From Macrostomum hystrix (taxonomy: Eukaryota; Animalia; Platyhelminthes), in the NCBI GenBank assembly GCA_950097015.1, contig CATNEN010000026.1, forward strand, positions 124,001 to 188,000: DNA of 64,000 bases, in the 5' to 3' direction. The notes beneath the pieces were generated by a model that had not been told where the DNA came from, did not search any database, and saw only the letters and a list, made by a program, of their open reading frames with translations. The first letter of the stretch is position 1. Every line of letters begins with the position of its first letter. The translations under genes and the position numbers were made by a program. This document shows positions 11,249 through 23,835 of the stretch, piece by piece.

Positions 11249-14200
11249 ATGTGCGACACAAGTGCGACACTGATGCTGACGTCGCCCCAGGGTCACATGC
11301 TGGCCATGCAGGCATCCAGGGATAATTGCGCCAGTGACTGGCTGGAGTCCGGGTTGCGTGTCCGCTTTCTTGTGATTCACAGCCAGCCGAAGTTGAATGA
11401 AAATGCTAGTTATGTGCGTGGTTGCATCATTATAGGCCGACATTTATTTTTGCATGCATATAACCTGGTGTCTTGTGGATAGCACATTCGTAGTACCGTG
11501 GTGTCTTGTGGTTAGTCCACACGTAGTACCGTGGTGTCTTGTGGTTAGCACATGCCTAGTACCGTGGTGTCTTGTGGTTAGCCCATGCCTGGTACCGTGG
11601 TGTCTTGTGGTTAGCACATGCCTAGTACCGTGGTGTCTTGTGGTTAGCCCATGCTTAGTACCGTGGTGTCTTGTGGTTAGCCCATGCCTAGTACCGTGGT
11701 GTCTTGTGGTTAGCACATGCCTAGTACCGTGGTGTCTTGTGGTTAGCACTTTCGTAGTACCGTGGTGTCTTGTGGTTAGTACATGCCTAGTACCGTGGTG
11801 TCTTGTGGTTAGCCCATGCTTAGTACCGTGGTGTCTTGTGGTTAGCCCATGCCTGGTACCGTGGTGTCTTGTGGTTAGCACTTTCGTAGTACCGTGGTGT
11901 CTTGTGGTTAGCCCATGCCTAGTACCGTGGTGTCTTGTGGTTAGCACTTTCGTAGTACCGTGGTGTCTTGTGGTTAGCCCATGCCTAGTACCGTGGTGTC
12001 TTGTGGTTAGCCCACGCGTAGTACCGTGGTGTCTTGTGGTTAGCACATGCCTAGTACCGTGGTGTCTTGTGGTTAGCACATGCCTAGTACCGTGGTGTCT
12101 TGTGGTTAGCACATGCCTAGTACCGTGGTGTCTTGTGGTTAGCACATGCCTGGTACCGTGGTGTCTTGTGGTTAGCCCATGCCTAGTACCGTGGTGTCTT
12201 GTGGTTAGCACATGCCTAGTACCGTGGTGTCTTGTGGTTAGCACATGCCTAGTACCGTGGTGTCTTGTGGTTAGCCCTTGCTCAGTATCGTGGTGTCTTG
12301 ATATATAACCTGATATAACCTGTTGGTCTTGGTAACAACCCGACAAGTCGCGTTGTCAATTTAGTCCCATTTTCGGTAGTGTTAACAGGTATTTATCCCA
12401 GCTATAAATGTTTAGTAGTAATATCTATAAATCTTTGGATCCTTCACTTTAGATTCTGCAGATGTCAGCCAGTAAGGAAACTTGTGCGGCCGCTTGCAGA
12501 CGACTTCTGATAAATCTTTACGACAAGAATGGGTTAGTATGTACGTAGATTATAGCCACGCACTTTGCCCTATCATTTTAAATAAATTTGTTGCGTTTTT
12601 TGCTTCTTTTTATAGCAACATAGTGCATGAAACACCCCTGACTTCTTATAATCTGACTTCAATAGCTGTTCAATCTCTGTTTTAGACCCGTCACTCTGCG
12701 AATGCTGATCGAAACTGCCTATCTCGGCAACGTGATTGGACGCGGAGGAGTTAATATCAAGACGATTCAATTCAACAGTGGGGCTCGGGTGCGCATTGTC
12801 GAGTGAGAATTCAATTTTGGTTATTATAGATCCCGGTTGAAAAAAATACTGGATTAGCCCATTAAAATTGGCCCGCTCATCGGCCACTTCGTGTCAGAAA
12901 AGCCCGCTCATTTTTCCAAATCGACGAGTCTCTCAAATCGGCCTGTTCTACGGCCCGCTTCTGGGCCCGCTGGTTGGCCCGCTCACTGGCCCGTTCTAAA
13001 CCGGCCCCGCTGGCTGACCCGTTGGTTGGCCCGCTGGCTGACCCGTTGGTTGGCCCGCTGGCTGACCCGTTGGTTGGCCCGCTGGCTGACCCGTTGGTTG
13101 GCCCGCTGGCTGACCCGTTGGTTGGCCCGCTGGCTGACCCGTTGGTTGGCCCGCTGGCTGGCCCGTTGGTTGGCCCGCTGGCTGGCCCGCTGGCTGACCC
13201 GTTGGTTGGCCCGCTGGCTGACCCGTTGGTTGGCCCGCTCACTGGCCCACTCATTGACCCGTTCTAAACCGGCCCGCTGGTTGGCCCGTTGGTTGGCCCG
13301 CTGGTTGGCCCGTTGGTTGGCCCGCTGGTTGGCCCGCTGATTGGCCCGTTCTAAACCGGCCCGTTGGTTGGTCTAAATCTAGATTTGTCTTTTAAAAAAC
13401 TGGTTCTTTAGTAATTCTCTGCCACTTTGCAGCCCTCCATTCCTCCTGCTGATTTACGATCAGTCATTTCGTGTCACGACTGTCAAACAGGCTATCATCA
13501 TCGGCAAGCCCAATTCGGTTGGATCCGCAATTAAGCAACTGTTGGATGTGTTAAGCGAATTGCGCACTCAGATTTTTCCGTCATCGCAGCAGCGTTTCGG
13601 ACACTGGCCGACCAATCCCGGCCAGTTTGCCGACGCCTTTCTGGCTGCCCGCCGCGTTGATAGAGACGCTCAGCGGCTGGCTGGCCGGAAGTTCAATGGA
13701 GGCAAACACCATCCTCACTTTGGCGACTGTTGGACGAGCGGATTGGACGCCGCAGAAGAAGCTTCTGACTCTTATGAGTCTGTTGGTAAGACTGTCTTTT
13801 GTGCTCCGTTGACAGTCCCTTAACTGCCCAGCTTGGCTTGAGTCTAGTCCAGTTGTTAATTTTATCATATTTGTATTAACAGCCCCACAGCTCAACTACC
13901 GCGTCAAGTTCACGTGCTTTTACTCACCCGCCGGCGTCGAAGTGATCAAAGCCGCATTCTGGGCTGGCAAAGCTGTTGCCTCCGCTGCTGGTCACGAGCT
14001 GAGCGTTCGACTGATCGCCTCACCAGAATATCACCTGACGTTGGTCAGCGAATCTGCGCAGCCTTCGGATGCCGTAATGTCGGCTGTACTAGTTAAAATA
14101 AAATCATCCGCCTTTGGACAAGCTGATGGCTGCGAATTTCGCATCCTGGACAGCTGGCGAGAGGGTCGCAACAACACGACACTCCACCTTCGTCAACATC

Positions 14201-14424
14201 TGATAAACTCGCTGCCGAAACCTGCTGCTTCCGTCACAAAGAATGAGACTGAGCCAAGGTATTCAGGCCGAATGAAGAATGAAGAGAGTCAGCGGAGGCC
14301 GAATCTTCGTGGTCCGGTCGGCAGCGAGGGCTGGCTATTCGCGTTCGACGTTAGATTTGCTGAGAAAATCAATGCGCGAATCGCAGACTGCCTCAGTTGC
14401 TGCTTGGATGAATGCTATTGCTAG
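11249..14424 (+). CDS. PCBP/hnRNP-E-like KH-domain protein with one canonical and probably two degenerate KH domains (~425 aa)
   Basis: Exons 11249-11413, 12453-12532, 12686-12802, 13412(or 13433)-13785, 13883-14424, phase-consistent. Canonical KH: GPVTLRMLIETAYLGNVIGRGGVNIKTIQFNSGARVRIV...AIIIGKPNSVGSAIKQLLDVL (GxxG = GRGG). Confidence 0.7.
11465..12300. repeat. 30-bp minisatellite (GTACCGTGGTGTCTTGTGGTTAG plus a short variable segment), ~28 copies, in KH gene intron 1
   Basis: Visible array; source of the TTRHHG and VPWCLVVS ORFs. Confidence 0.95.
12950..13370. repeat. GC-rich 24-bp (12-bp sub-unit) minisatellite TTGGCCCGCTGGCTGACCCGTTGG in KH gene intron 3
   Basis: Visible array; source of the SGPTNGSA and WLARWLTR ORFs. 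Confidence 0.9.
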
Positions 14425-14822
14425 ACGAAGAAGGATTATTATTTACAAAAAACTTTCATTCTTTATCGAGAGTCGTCAGTTAAATTAGTTTTTGTAATTT
14501 TTACAAATTATGTATCGGTTAATTAAAATCTGGTGCAATTTTTGTTTATGATGAAGTATTCGCCATATAAATTCAGAAATCGTGGAGTCGACTTCTCAAT
14601 ATTTATTACTCTTTAAAACAATTTTTACTTAGCTTAAAGCAATTTTAAATGTTACATCTGAAAGAATCTCAACAACTTGAATGCTTTTCACACTATATCA
14701 AAGAAGCGCTCGCTATTTTTTTTTGAATTTACCTTTTTTGATAGTGGAATTTACAATATACAGAATCCCGGCTAAAGTGGAAAAATGAACTTTTTCATTC
14801 ATATTTGTTTTCGCGCCAGGCT

Positions 14823-15012
14823 ATGTGTACTGCTACGTGTCTAATTCTTTTAACTTTGATTTACATCAATGCCATTTCTGCGGAAAGCATGCGGAATGCA
14901 AACAGGTACCGCCGAAGAAAACGGTTGTTAAATGGGCGCACGGCAGTTCTTGTAATAATTACTGTCATAGATTATATATTAGATGGCGTTCGCCTTTAGA
15001 TACGAGTAAACA
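14823..15012 (+). CDS. Possible first two coding exons of a small secreted protein (3' end unresolved)
   Basis: ATG 14823 opens MCTATCLILLTLIYINAISA-ESMRNANR (signal-peptide-like); donor AG|GTACCG at 14905; 30-nt exon 14983-15012 (RWRSPLDTSK) ends CA|GTAAGT. Confidence 0.35.
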
Positions 15013-16136
15013 GTAAGTGTGCGAGAGCAACTGTTGCGCAATAAATCATCATTGTCAGGCATGCAAGCTTTGCTTTTAAATATAGAACCACAAAATGTAG
15101 GCTAATAGGGGCCTATACGTTCACAGCTTCTAATTTGCCTTTAGCAGGTTAGAAGGCCAACTTTTATCTTTGTTGTTTATTATTGCTCTTTTTCAAAGGT
15201 TTCAAAGGTGACGGCCGCTTGCTTAAAAACTTGCGTTTACATGCTGCATCATGTATATGCACGTGTAAATGACTGCTAAATTGGTGTATACACGACACAA
15301 TATTCGTTTTGTATAGAAAAAAAGTTCGACTTTTCCTAGTATAGATAGTGTCCTGTACTTCTTAAGTGAAACTTGTGTTGCAACTGCATTACCAGCAATA
15401 AAGTCACAGTAAAGATAAAACTAGATAAACTATAGTACAGGCCACATAAAAATTATAGCAAGGAAGGAACCGTAGGAAGGGACTATGATCACTGTCAAAA
15501 GACATTGATTTAAGAGTAAAAATTTTTTAAAAAATTACGCGTTATATTTTGAGCAACGTTGTACAAAAACTACTTTATTCTGTGAGTCAGAAGTTTTTAT
15601 AGCACATCAGCATGATTAGTATTTTTGATTAGACTGTTGTGATTAGACTACTCCTTTTATTGTTTTGTTTTTTGTTTTATCAAAAGCTTTTCTGTCTAGA
15701 AATGCGTCATGCTTTGCCTTTTCAAGTAAAGAATTAAAAATATGTTCGAATCAACATGTTAGGTTAGGAGTTTAGGACAGGACTTAGGAGTGGCTTGTAT
15801 CTTTTTTCATGCTCGATCATTTAAAGTAATTTGTAGTATTGAACTTTAAAACATTTTTATGCAATAAATATTACGACTTTGTAAAAAGGAGAGTAGATAT
15901 ATATTTGGGATATTTTTCTAGCCTAAAATTTTTCATTTTGATTTGACATAATATGGATATGGAATAAAACATCTGTCTTATTTTTATGCTACTATGATCT
16001 TTTAGTGAACTTAATTGCCTTATTTTAGTTACTATTACTTTGTTTGTAGTAATTCTTAAACATAAAAAAGTCAGAAGTAGGCCCTAGTGACTAAAGTTCA
16101 TTAACCTTGCAATAACAAATTATATTGCATATCTTT

Positions 16137-16946
16137 TTAGAAGTGCTTATTACCACGGTCCCGAGCCACTAATTTCAATTTTATCCACACAGATCCATAC
16201 CCATAATTTTCTGCTTATCCACACGGCAGCTTGTATGAATAGGTCTACTTTCAAGTCCCTAGGCTACTTATTATTCTCTGAGCATAAGGCTTTTGCTTCA
16301 GAGTATAGTGTATAGTGTACACTATCAATGCATAGTGTAAAATAATAACAATGATGTATAATATGTGTGACGAGTTTGGTGCTGACTAGATTTCTGCTGG
16401 GTTGACTCGTATGATTTTCTTTGGTTGACTTCTTACTTTCTAAGTCAATACAATTTGAATGAAAACACATAACAATGACAAAAGATTTAGTAAGTTGGTA
16501 TTACAAAAATGAATTGTTATTACAAAAATAAAAAAGGATGACATTAATGTTGGTTAATTAATGTGTAGGTCAAAATGTAGAACACTGTCGTAACACACTG
16601 GCAACTTTGTCGATCTATTGGCTCGAGGGTTCAGCAAAACATTCAAACCCAAAAGGGCCTCATTTCAAAGAACAGAAATGTGTGGATTAAATTGAAATTA
16701 ACGGCACGGCATATATAAAGAGTTTTAGACCTATTCATACAAGCTGCTGTGTGGATAAGCAGAAAATTATTGGCACGGCTCCGTGTGGATAAAATTGAAA
16801 TTACTGGCATGGCATATTTATATAAAGCATTGTAGACCTATTCATACAAACTGGCCATGTGGATAAGCAGAAAATTATCGGCATGGATCCGTGTGGATAA
16901 AATTGAAATTATTGGCATGGGACTGTGGGAAAAAGCTCTGCCTAGG
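16137..16946. mobile_element. Foldback/MITE-like element with ~120-bp imperfect terminal inverted repeats; right arm tandemly duplicated
   Basis: 16150-16258 is the reverse complement of ~16728-16810 and ~16833-16930 (AATTTCAATTTTATCCACAC...ATAATTTTCTGCTTATCCACA...TTGTATGAATAGGTCTA). No ORF inside. Ends and TSD not resolved. Confidence 0.65.
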
Positions 16947-19352
16947 CCCCTATCTTTTTATACCAGATATACTATAGTTTATCATATGCCAGAATAAAAA
17001 CCTGAATTATCCATCCTTTATGTGAAATATACCTTAGGCCTAGTACTTGTTTGCAGACTAGCATGTACTATATAACAATTTGTTGGTGATTTTCTTTTGT
17101 TTGTTTATTTTTATGGAGAATGTTAGCCATATTGTGGATGGTTTTTCTTGTATGCCAGAAGCATTTTCTGGGAATTTTGAAGTGTACGCCAGCCTACCAA
17201 CTGTGTGCCAACCCCAGGCTGTGTTTACCATGTTTGGTCTTTGGACTTTACAAAATTAGAGACAGAGTGAGTTTGAGTGAATTGAGTGGCAATTGATTTG
17301 CATTTGTATATTGCATTGGTAATTTCTTTGTAACAATAATTGAATGTAAATTTTAATTTTTAACAATTTAAACGATTAATGATAAAAATTTCCAGTAAAA
17401 TTAATGCAGACATAAATAAGAAATGCACACGTAAATAAATCCTTACCATGAGTTGTGTACTCCAAAATCTGTGCATGGCCAAGAAATGTACAAGGTGTAT
17501 ACCATGGAAATCAAGTGTATGCTGGAATTTTCTGGTATACACCCCATCAACTGCAAAATGGAATGTTAGTATAGTAGGTCCAGCTAATGGTTAATTAGAG
17601 GTTGGATGTGATCCTAATCTTCACACAATTTGAGACCTTAGGTGCAGGACCAAGACTGCCACAGCTGTGGTGGGGTTCAGATACGAATGACCTAATGGTC
17701 TACTATTGGATTATATAGGGTGGGTAGATGTGAGGTTGGCAACCTAGGATCTAGATACTAGAAAAACAAGCAGATGTTTTGTCAGTCAGCAGACAAAGAA
17801 TTACATTTCAAATCCAAAGTTAAAACAAAAACTGTTTCTCAGGTTCTCAAAGTCCTACTTTTAGTGGAAAACTATTATAAATTATTTTCTATATTAATAA
17901 GTGATGATATGTGATTGTGATGATTTGAGATTGTAGGCATATATTTGTAATTAAAGACTGTCTCTTTCTATGGGTTTATTTAAACTGACTTAATGATTAC
18001 AAATATAAACTGATAGGTTCAAAGTTCTAGGTTCCTACAATACATGTACAAGGATATGTATGTGGATGTAAAAAAACAATGTGTATTAATGAAAAAACTA
18101 TTTGTTGCATTTCCCACAAATGAAATTTCTCAACTATAGCATTGGAGTCACTTATTTAATATTTTCTAGCATGTTCAATAGCCAATAGAAGAGGCTTGAG
18201 TCTCTTATACTCATGGCTCAAAACTCTTTTAGATTTATATGATTTCAACATAACTAGCTCTGGGCTACTGACTGTAGAAGCTAGTGAAGCCTTTTGTTTT
18301 GTTTGTTTAAATAAGCTCATTCTTTGGGCATGATGGATGCATATTAAATAATTGCCTATTAGCAATACCTACCTTGTTCTCCTTATGCCCTTAAATAAGA
18401 AACAATTGACTTATAGGACTTGCACATTCTATAAACTAATCAAACATATCAGCTACTTTATCATTATCAGTGATAAAATTTTTAACAGCTTATGTTAAAA
18501 CATATTAATTTTTATTAACTAGCTTTAGGTATTTTGCAGGTTTCAGTAGTAGTAATTATTAACATTGTAAACTTTCCATTTATTTAGATAACATTTTAAT
18601 ATCTAATAAAGTCAGTCTGAAATAATTGTCAATACTTAAATCTATCAATATTTAAATACAGTAAAATCACAATAAACTATAAAATTTCTATGAACTTATT
18701 TATTTTTTTGTTTAAATTGTTTATTTAGTTGCTACTCATATTAAGTAAAGGATGTTCTTGATGTTCCATTTTTTGTGATACACTTGCTAGAAGGAAATAA
18801 TTCAGATTTCATATGTATAAACTTATTTATTTTTTACTGTGGCCAAAATAAAAATGTTGAAATAATATTCGTGCTAATTTGCTGTTAAAAGTAAATTACT
18901 ATTTTATAAGAAATTGCACTGAAAAATTAAATAATGTGCACTATGCATTCAAAAGCAAGTGCTAACACCTTAATATTTTTTGAAAAATACAAAAATGGCA
19001 TACAAAACTCTTCATTAGCCATAAATATCTGCAGCATTTATTGTTAACTGATTTTAATTTCATTATATAGTTTATTAATGAAGCAAGATGTTCTGTGTGG
19101 ACAGGACCTGCATGTCCAACAATCATCTTACACTGGAAAGTTCTAATTGCATGAATTGCTTTGACTTAGCTGCAGGGCAGTCCAAAGACTCGGCAGGGAG
19201 GGGGTAATCACCCATTTTTCTAATCCCTGAATATCTAATTGCATGAGTGTTTTGTACTATCCAACCTTCTAATTGTAGTCTCTCCTGTGACTTATTGAAA
19301 TTTGTAGGCTTGATATGACGACCATACATTTCCAGCCTCGTCCAGTTTCTAA

Positions 19353-21916
19353 TTAAAATGTTTCTGCACTATTCAATGCTCCAAACATGGCAGCAACCAG
19401 CGCTGTTACCAAAAACAATTTTGGGTAAAAATAGGTGGCTTTAGATGTAGCATCACGAGTTGTCTCCAATGCTGTCACCATTTTGTAAGATAGGATAAAT
19501 GGCCCTCGCATTGGCTGCTGATTTTCATCTTGCCCCGGACTGTCAGACAACTGACGCTTTCGTCGACGTCGCCTGACTGCAGTGCCGCATGCTTGCACGC
19601 AGCGTTGATCTGTGTCAGTCGGTGTACAGATAGTAATATCGCAGAATAAATAAGCCTGTGTGGTCACAGTCTCCGTGAATGACATGACGGCAAAGTTGAT
19701 ACCAATAGTTTTGCTGTCAACTCGAAATATGGCATTTGAGTCAGAGGCACATTTATTCCGCACTATGAAGTACTGAGCACCTGTACCGTCCGACTTGTCA
19801 CTTGCCCAACAGTTGCGCACAGTTAGACGTACATTCAGTGGACTCGTCTCACGCACGCTGGCATAGATTCTCGAACCAACTATGAGCCGCTGGCCTGGTG
19901 TGATTTCGCTTGAGAACCCACTGGCACTGTAGCCGCTGAAGAGTTTCACCTTGGAAAGATGAGTATTTTAATTTCAGAATACAGCTGTTTTCGTGTGCTA
20001 TTATTGACGACAAATATGTTTGTGATAATGTCTGATTTTAAGGGCTCATTAACTACTTGTAATAAGCGTGTTTGGACAAAAGCACTAGTAGTGTAAAATG
20101 TACAATGTACATTTCATGTTCGTCGTTATATCCATGGCTTTTGTACTCCACTGTACTAAACAGTTGTGTTCTAATAATTGTTCTAAGTAACCTTGTTGGT
20201 AAAATTACCTCAGATGTGTAGCTATCGCCTCCAGTTATTGGAGGGGCAGTCCTTGCATCTGGTAACATTGCTGCAGTCACTTCCTTTAGTTTAGGTATCG
20301 CGCACACCACTGGTATGGTGTAGGGCACATCGATATAAACTCCGCCAACTGGAGTAACGTTTCTATAGAGCGTGGAAGTGTAGATAACGTGCGTAGAATT
20401 AGTCGTCTGTACGCTATTACATCCAAGGTAGGGCACAGTTGCCCAAACAATGGATGCATTTTCTCCTTTCGTAAAGTTGCACATTGTTATGTTGTAGGTT
20501 CCATAGAGACTCAACAGGCTAGCAGAGGATACATCAGTGTGTGTAAAAAATACGTGAGCTACGTATAGATAGCAAACAACAGATGGTGCTGGTATTGGTG
20601 GTGGCGCCAAAGAAATCTGGCTGCACCGAACGCTGACAGCCGTGTTAGCATTGCAATAGCCTGGAGCTACGCCCCAGCCATTGTGCTTGCAGTCGTTAGT
20701 GGTGGTGGCGCCTGGAGTGCATTGCAGACCCGACAACATTACTGGGTAGCTGGCTGAAATGTTTAAGTAACGGCCAGACATGCCGATTGCGTTGGCTGTT
20801 CTGCAATGTTTAGAGGGTGTGTGAAAGTTGTTTATAGTAGTTATCTAAGAATCAAGAAATGCACTATGCAAACTAGACTAGAAAGCTAAACAGTGATATC
20901 TTGCTTTGACTTTATACTTTTGGCTGTACCTTGATGCACCCTGAAATGAAGGGAGATAAGATCTTACTCATTACGACAGAGCATCCGGCAAATTGTAGCC
21001 GCTTCAATGGCACTGAAGTCGGCTGCACATATTGTACCAAAGTTGAGTCCTCCGGCTGTACCATTCTGTATGAGTACTAGGCCCTCTTCAGGACCGGGCT
21101 CAAGTCTCAAGCTAGTCACGGTATTGTTGCAAAATATTGGTGCTATGGTAGCAAAATCTGGCGCCCGAGTTGGTCCAGGCGTGTTGGTTGTCTGAGTTCC
21201 TGTACACACGACGGCTGCGTCTCTTGAGTTGTCCACACATACTGCTGGAAATGACGCCGAGACGTAGCGACAGGCAGTGTCGAGATTCCAAGTGCTAGTT
21301 GAGGCTTGCTGAAATTTGTTTGAGTTTTTCGAATATCAATGTTTCGTACTGCATTTTTTAGTACATAAAAATTATGTCGTTTATTTAGGCAAATCTTGCA
21401 TGCCAACGAGATTCACCAGAAAGTCCGGACAGCCGCTGATCGCCATGACAGTATTAGCGTTGCCAGTTTTGTAAGGTGCCAAGCTAATCTTGTATCCAGT
21501 GACGTCTCGGTAGCCAAGCATAGCGCACACCACAGAAGCGCCGCTGTTGTCAAAACCGACATCACAAATTCGACCAACAGCGCCAGATGACATTGTAACC
21601 TCAACGACGCCAATGTTTGGATTCGAACCTCCAACCAGACGCACGCTTACTGGTCTCTGGGCCTTGGCTGTCAATCGATTTTTTAGTATAGAGCTTTATT
21701 TAATCGTTGGTATTACTTGTCGCTAAGATATAAATGGTTATCCGATCCCCGAGGACCTCCGTTCGCTGTGGAACCCCCTACACATTGTACAAAAAATAAG
21801 AAGCTAATTGCGTACAATTTTCTGGAGACATTTTTGTACCTGCATTACTCACCAATCGAGACGAGAAAGCTGACTATATGCAAGCACACAGGAAGTGACA
21901 GCAGTAAATGTCGCAT
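19353..21916 (-). CDS. Secreted or membrane-anchored SRCR-SRCR-ZP domain protein (DMBT1/hensin-like architecture, 614 aa)
   Basis: Exons (minus) 21916-21853, 21667-21417, 21308-20968, 20800-20209, 19949-19353 total 1845 nt in frame. Signal peptide MRHLLLSLPVCLHIVSFLVSIA; SRCR1 VRLVGG...GRICDVGFD...VVCAMLG; SRCR2 GTICAADF...ICRMLC...CKHNGWG; ZP-N and ZP-C Cys pattern; furin site RRRRRKR; hydrophobic C-terminus. Confidence 0.88.
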
Positions 21917-23835
21917 GTCTAACAAATTAGTGTCTTGATCAACTTCACCGTTTCGGCGATTGTAAACAGAAAACAGGTGGACTAATGCTTCGAGTCTAGG
22001 ATATGGTTTTTAGCTTAACAGATTAGACTGAAAAGTTAGCTTAAACAGTCCCTAGAATATCTGCGAGACGGAGGTGCAGTTTCATATACTCACGCTCAAC
22101 GCTTCCTTCTCTGCATTCCATACCTTGTGTCTATAGCGAAGCCAATCCTGTTGCCAAGGACAACATGCATTGCCGTCAACACAATTGGAAATAATTGGGT
22201 AGCGCATGGAAAGAGGCAAATTTGGAAATAGAAGGGTGAGCATAGCTACAGGAAAGAAAATTTTCTCTCGCCCTTCCCTCCCATACATCTAATCGGGGAA
22301 CTCTTATACGGGAGTAGGGATGAATTAATGAGAGAGTGCCTATTTTTGTCCCAATTTCAGCCCTGCTCCCTCGTCCCATTTCAACTACACATGCGTTCTG
22401 CAGTACCCCCGCTTCCCATTTTCTCCCTCCTGTATCACTGCGCACACTGTCGCCAACCACACCCTAAAGCAAGTCCATCCTAAAGCACGAACACCCCTGG
22501 TGAGTCAGTTAAGCCTTTAGAATGAACGCCAGTTTTTTTCTGGGAAGCAAACGGGTATCTCTGTTAGCTGACTAAAGCTTAACTGGCTGTTGCTGTGTTC
22601 CTCCTCTGCTTCTATCTCCTCTTAAGGGCTCTGTCTGTCCCTTTGTTGTGTCGGCGCTGTTTTGCATAGCTTTGAGTGTCTGTTTATTCAGTCATTTCTC
22701 TCTCCCTCGTTTGCCAGTCTGTTCCTATTTTTTCTTCTCTTTAGTCGACGATACGTGCGTGCGCAGTTGGTGAGGTGGCTGTACATAGGCTGAGACCCGG
22801 CCACCTATAGACACCGGGCGTACAATTTTAGGCGTAGTTATATTTTTTGTATCTGCTTTTAAGTTAGTTGTTATGCAGAATATGCAGACTCGTCGCTAAG
22901 TTCGAGCGCAGTAATTTGGCTTTTAGAGAAAGTCTTAACCAGTGCCTTCGGTTGGTTTCTTGTGCTGCAGGAAACTGTAAGTCAGTTTGCTGTTTTTATC
23001 TGCTTTCAGAGTTAAGCGTTTTATTTCAGAGCTCAAATCCACATTTAAAGCGCTATTTTGTATTTTATATTAAAAAGGTCACTGCTGTTTAAAAGTTAAA
23101 ATAACACTTTATCTTGCTGTATAGATTGTGCTATTATAATCTCGCATAATCACAAAATAGCAAATCAACTTTCGATTTCCATTTTATTGCTCCCAGTCTG
23201 CATTTTTAATACGTATGCGCCCATCTCAGTGAAAGTTGCTTTGGCTGCCAAAATAAATCAGTCAGGTACTAGGTGCTAAAATATGAATAGCAAGCGCTAA
23301 AAAGTATATTATGCGTTCATGCGCATGCTTTAAGACTGGTATGTCAGCTTTCATTTCGAATTGCTAATGTGGAATGAATTCTTATACTTCTTTCTATATT
23401 TACTTGTTCGTTTGGTGGCCTTAGAAAAGCTTTGCCAGATTCTAGAATGCAACTGCGAATATTTTCTTTCTTCTCTTACCACCTATGAGTTGAAAATTTG
23501 TCTGTGGCTGTTTACTTCTCTGACTGCTATCTTCTGTAGAGTATTCTATAAGTCTAATTTTAGCCTTATTTTTTGTTTTTTTCTTACTTACAGAGTCGCA
23601 CCCTCTCATTGTTTTATTTTGTGTATTTCTAATGACACTAGCATAGTTGTTCTTAAGCTCACAAAAGTTGGATATTTGGAAAAATGTATAAGGTAGACCA
23701 GAAAGGTTTTGGTTAATATGCCTTTGTAGTGATGTAGCAAAACGTTACAAAAAAAGATTTTTTATTGCACGTCTGGGTCACCAGCACATAATTTGGTGTT
23801 AGTCAGTCACAAGGCAATTTTGCCAATTTCACTGA

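Noticed and set aside
11465-12300. CRISPR-like layout: constant ~23-nt repeat with a variable segment
   Set aside because: The variable part is only ~7 nt, drawn from a few related variants that recur. The array is intronic in a eukaryotic gene with no cas genes. It is a minisatellite.
13883-14424. 2H phosphoesterase (ASCC1-like KH plus 2H) suggested by YHLTLV
   Set aside because: Only one HxT motif is present; the segment fits better as the last strand of a degenerate KH domain. HHpred would settle it.
15755-15792. Telomere-like TTAGG repeats
   Set aside because: Only 4-5 interrupted copies; not significant.
16181-16900. Bacterial oriC (six perfect DnaA boxes)
   Set aside because: The boxes are parts of long inverted arms of a foldback element in a clearly eukaryotic contig; no dnaA, gidA or DUE context.
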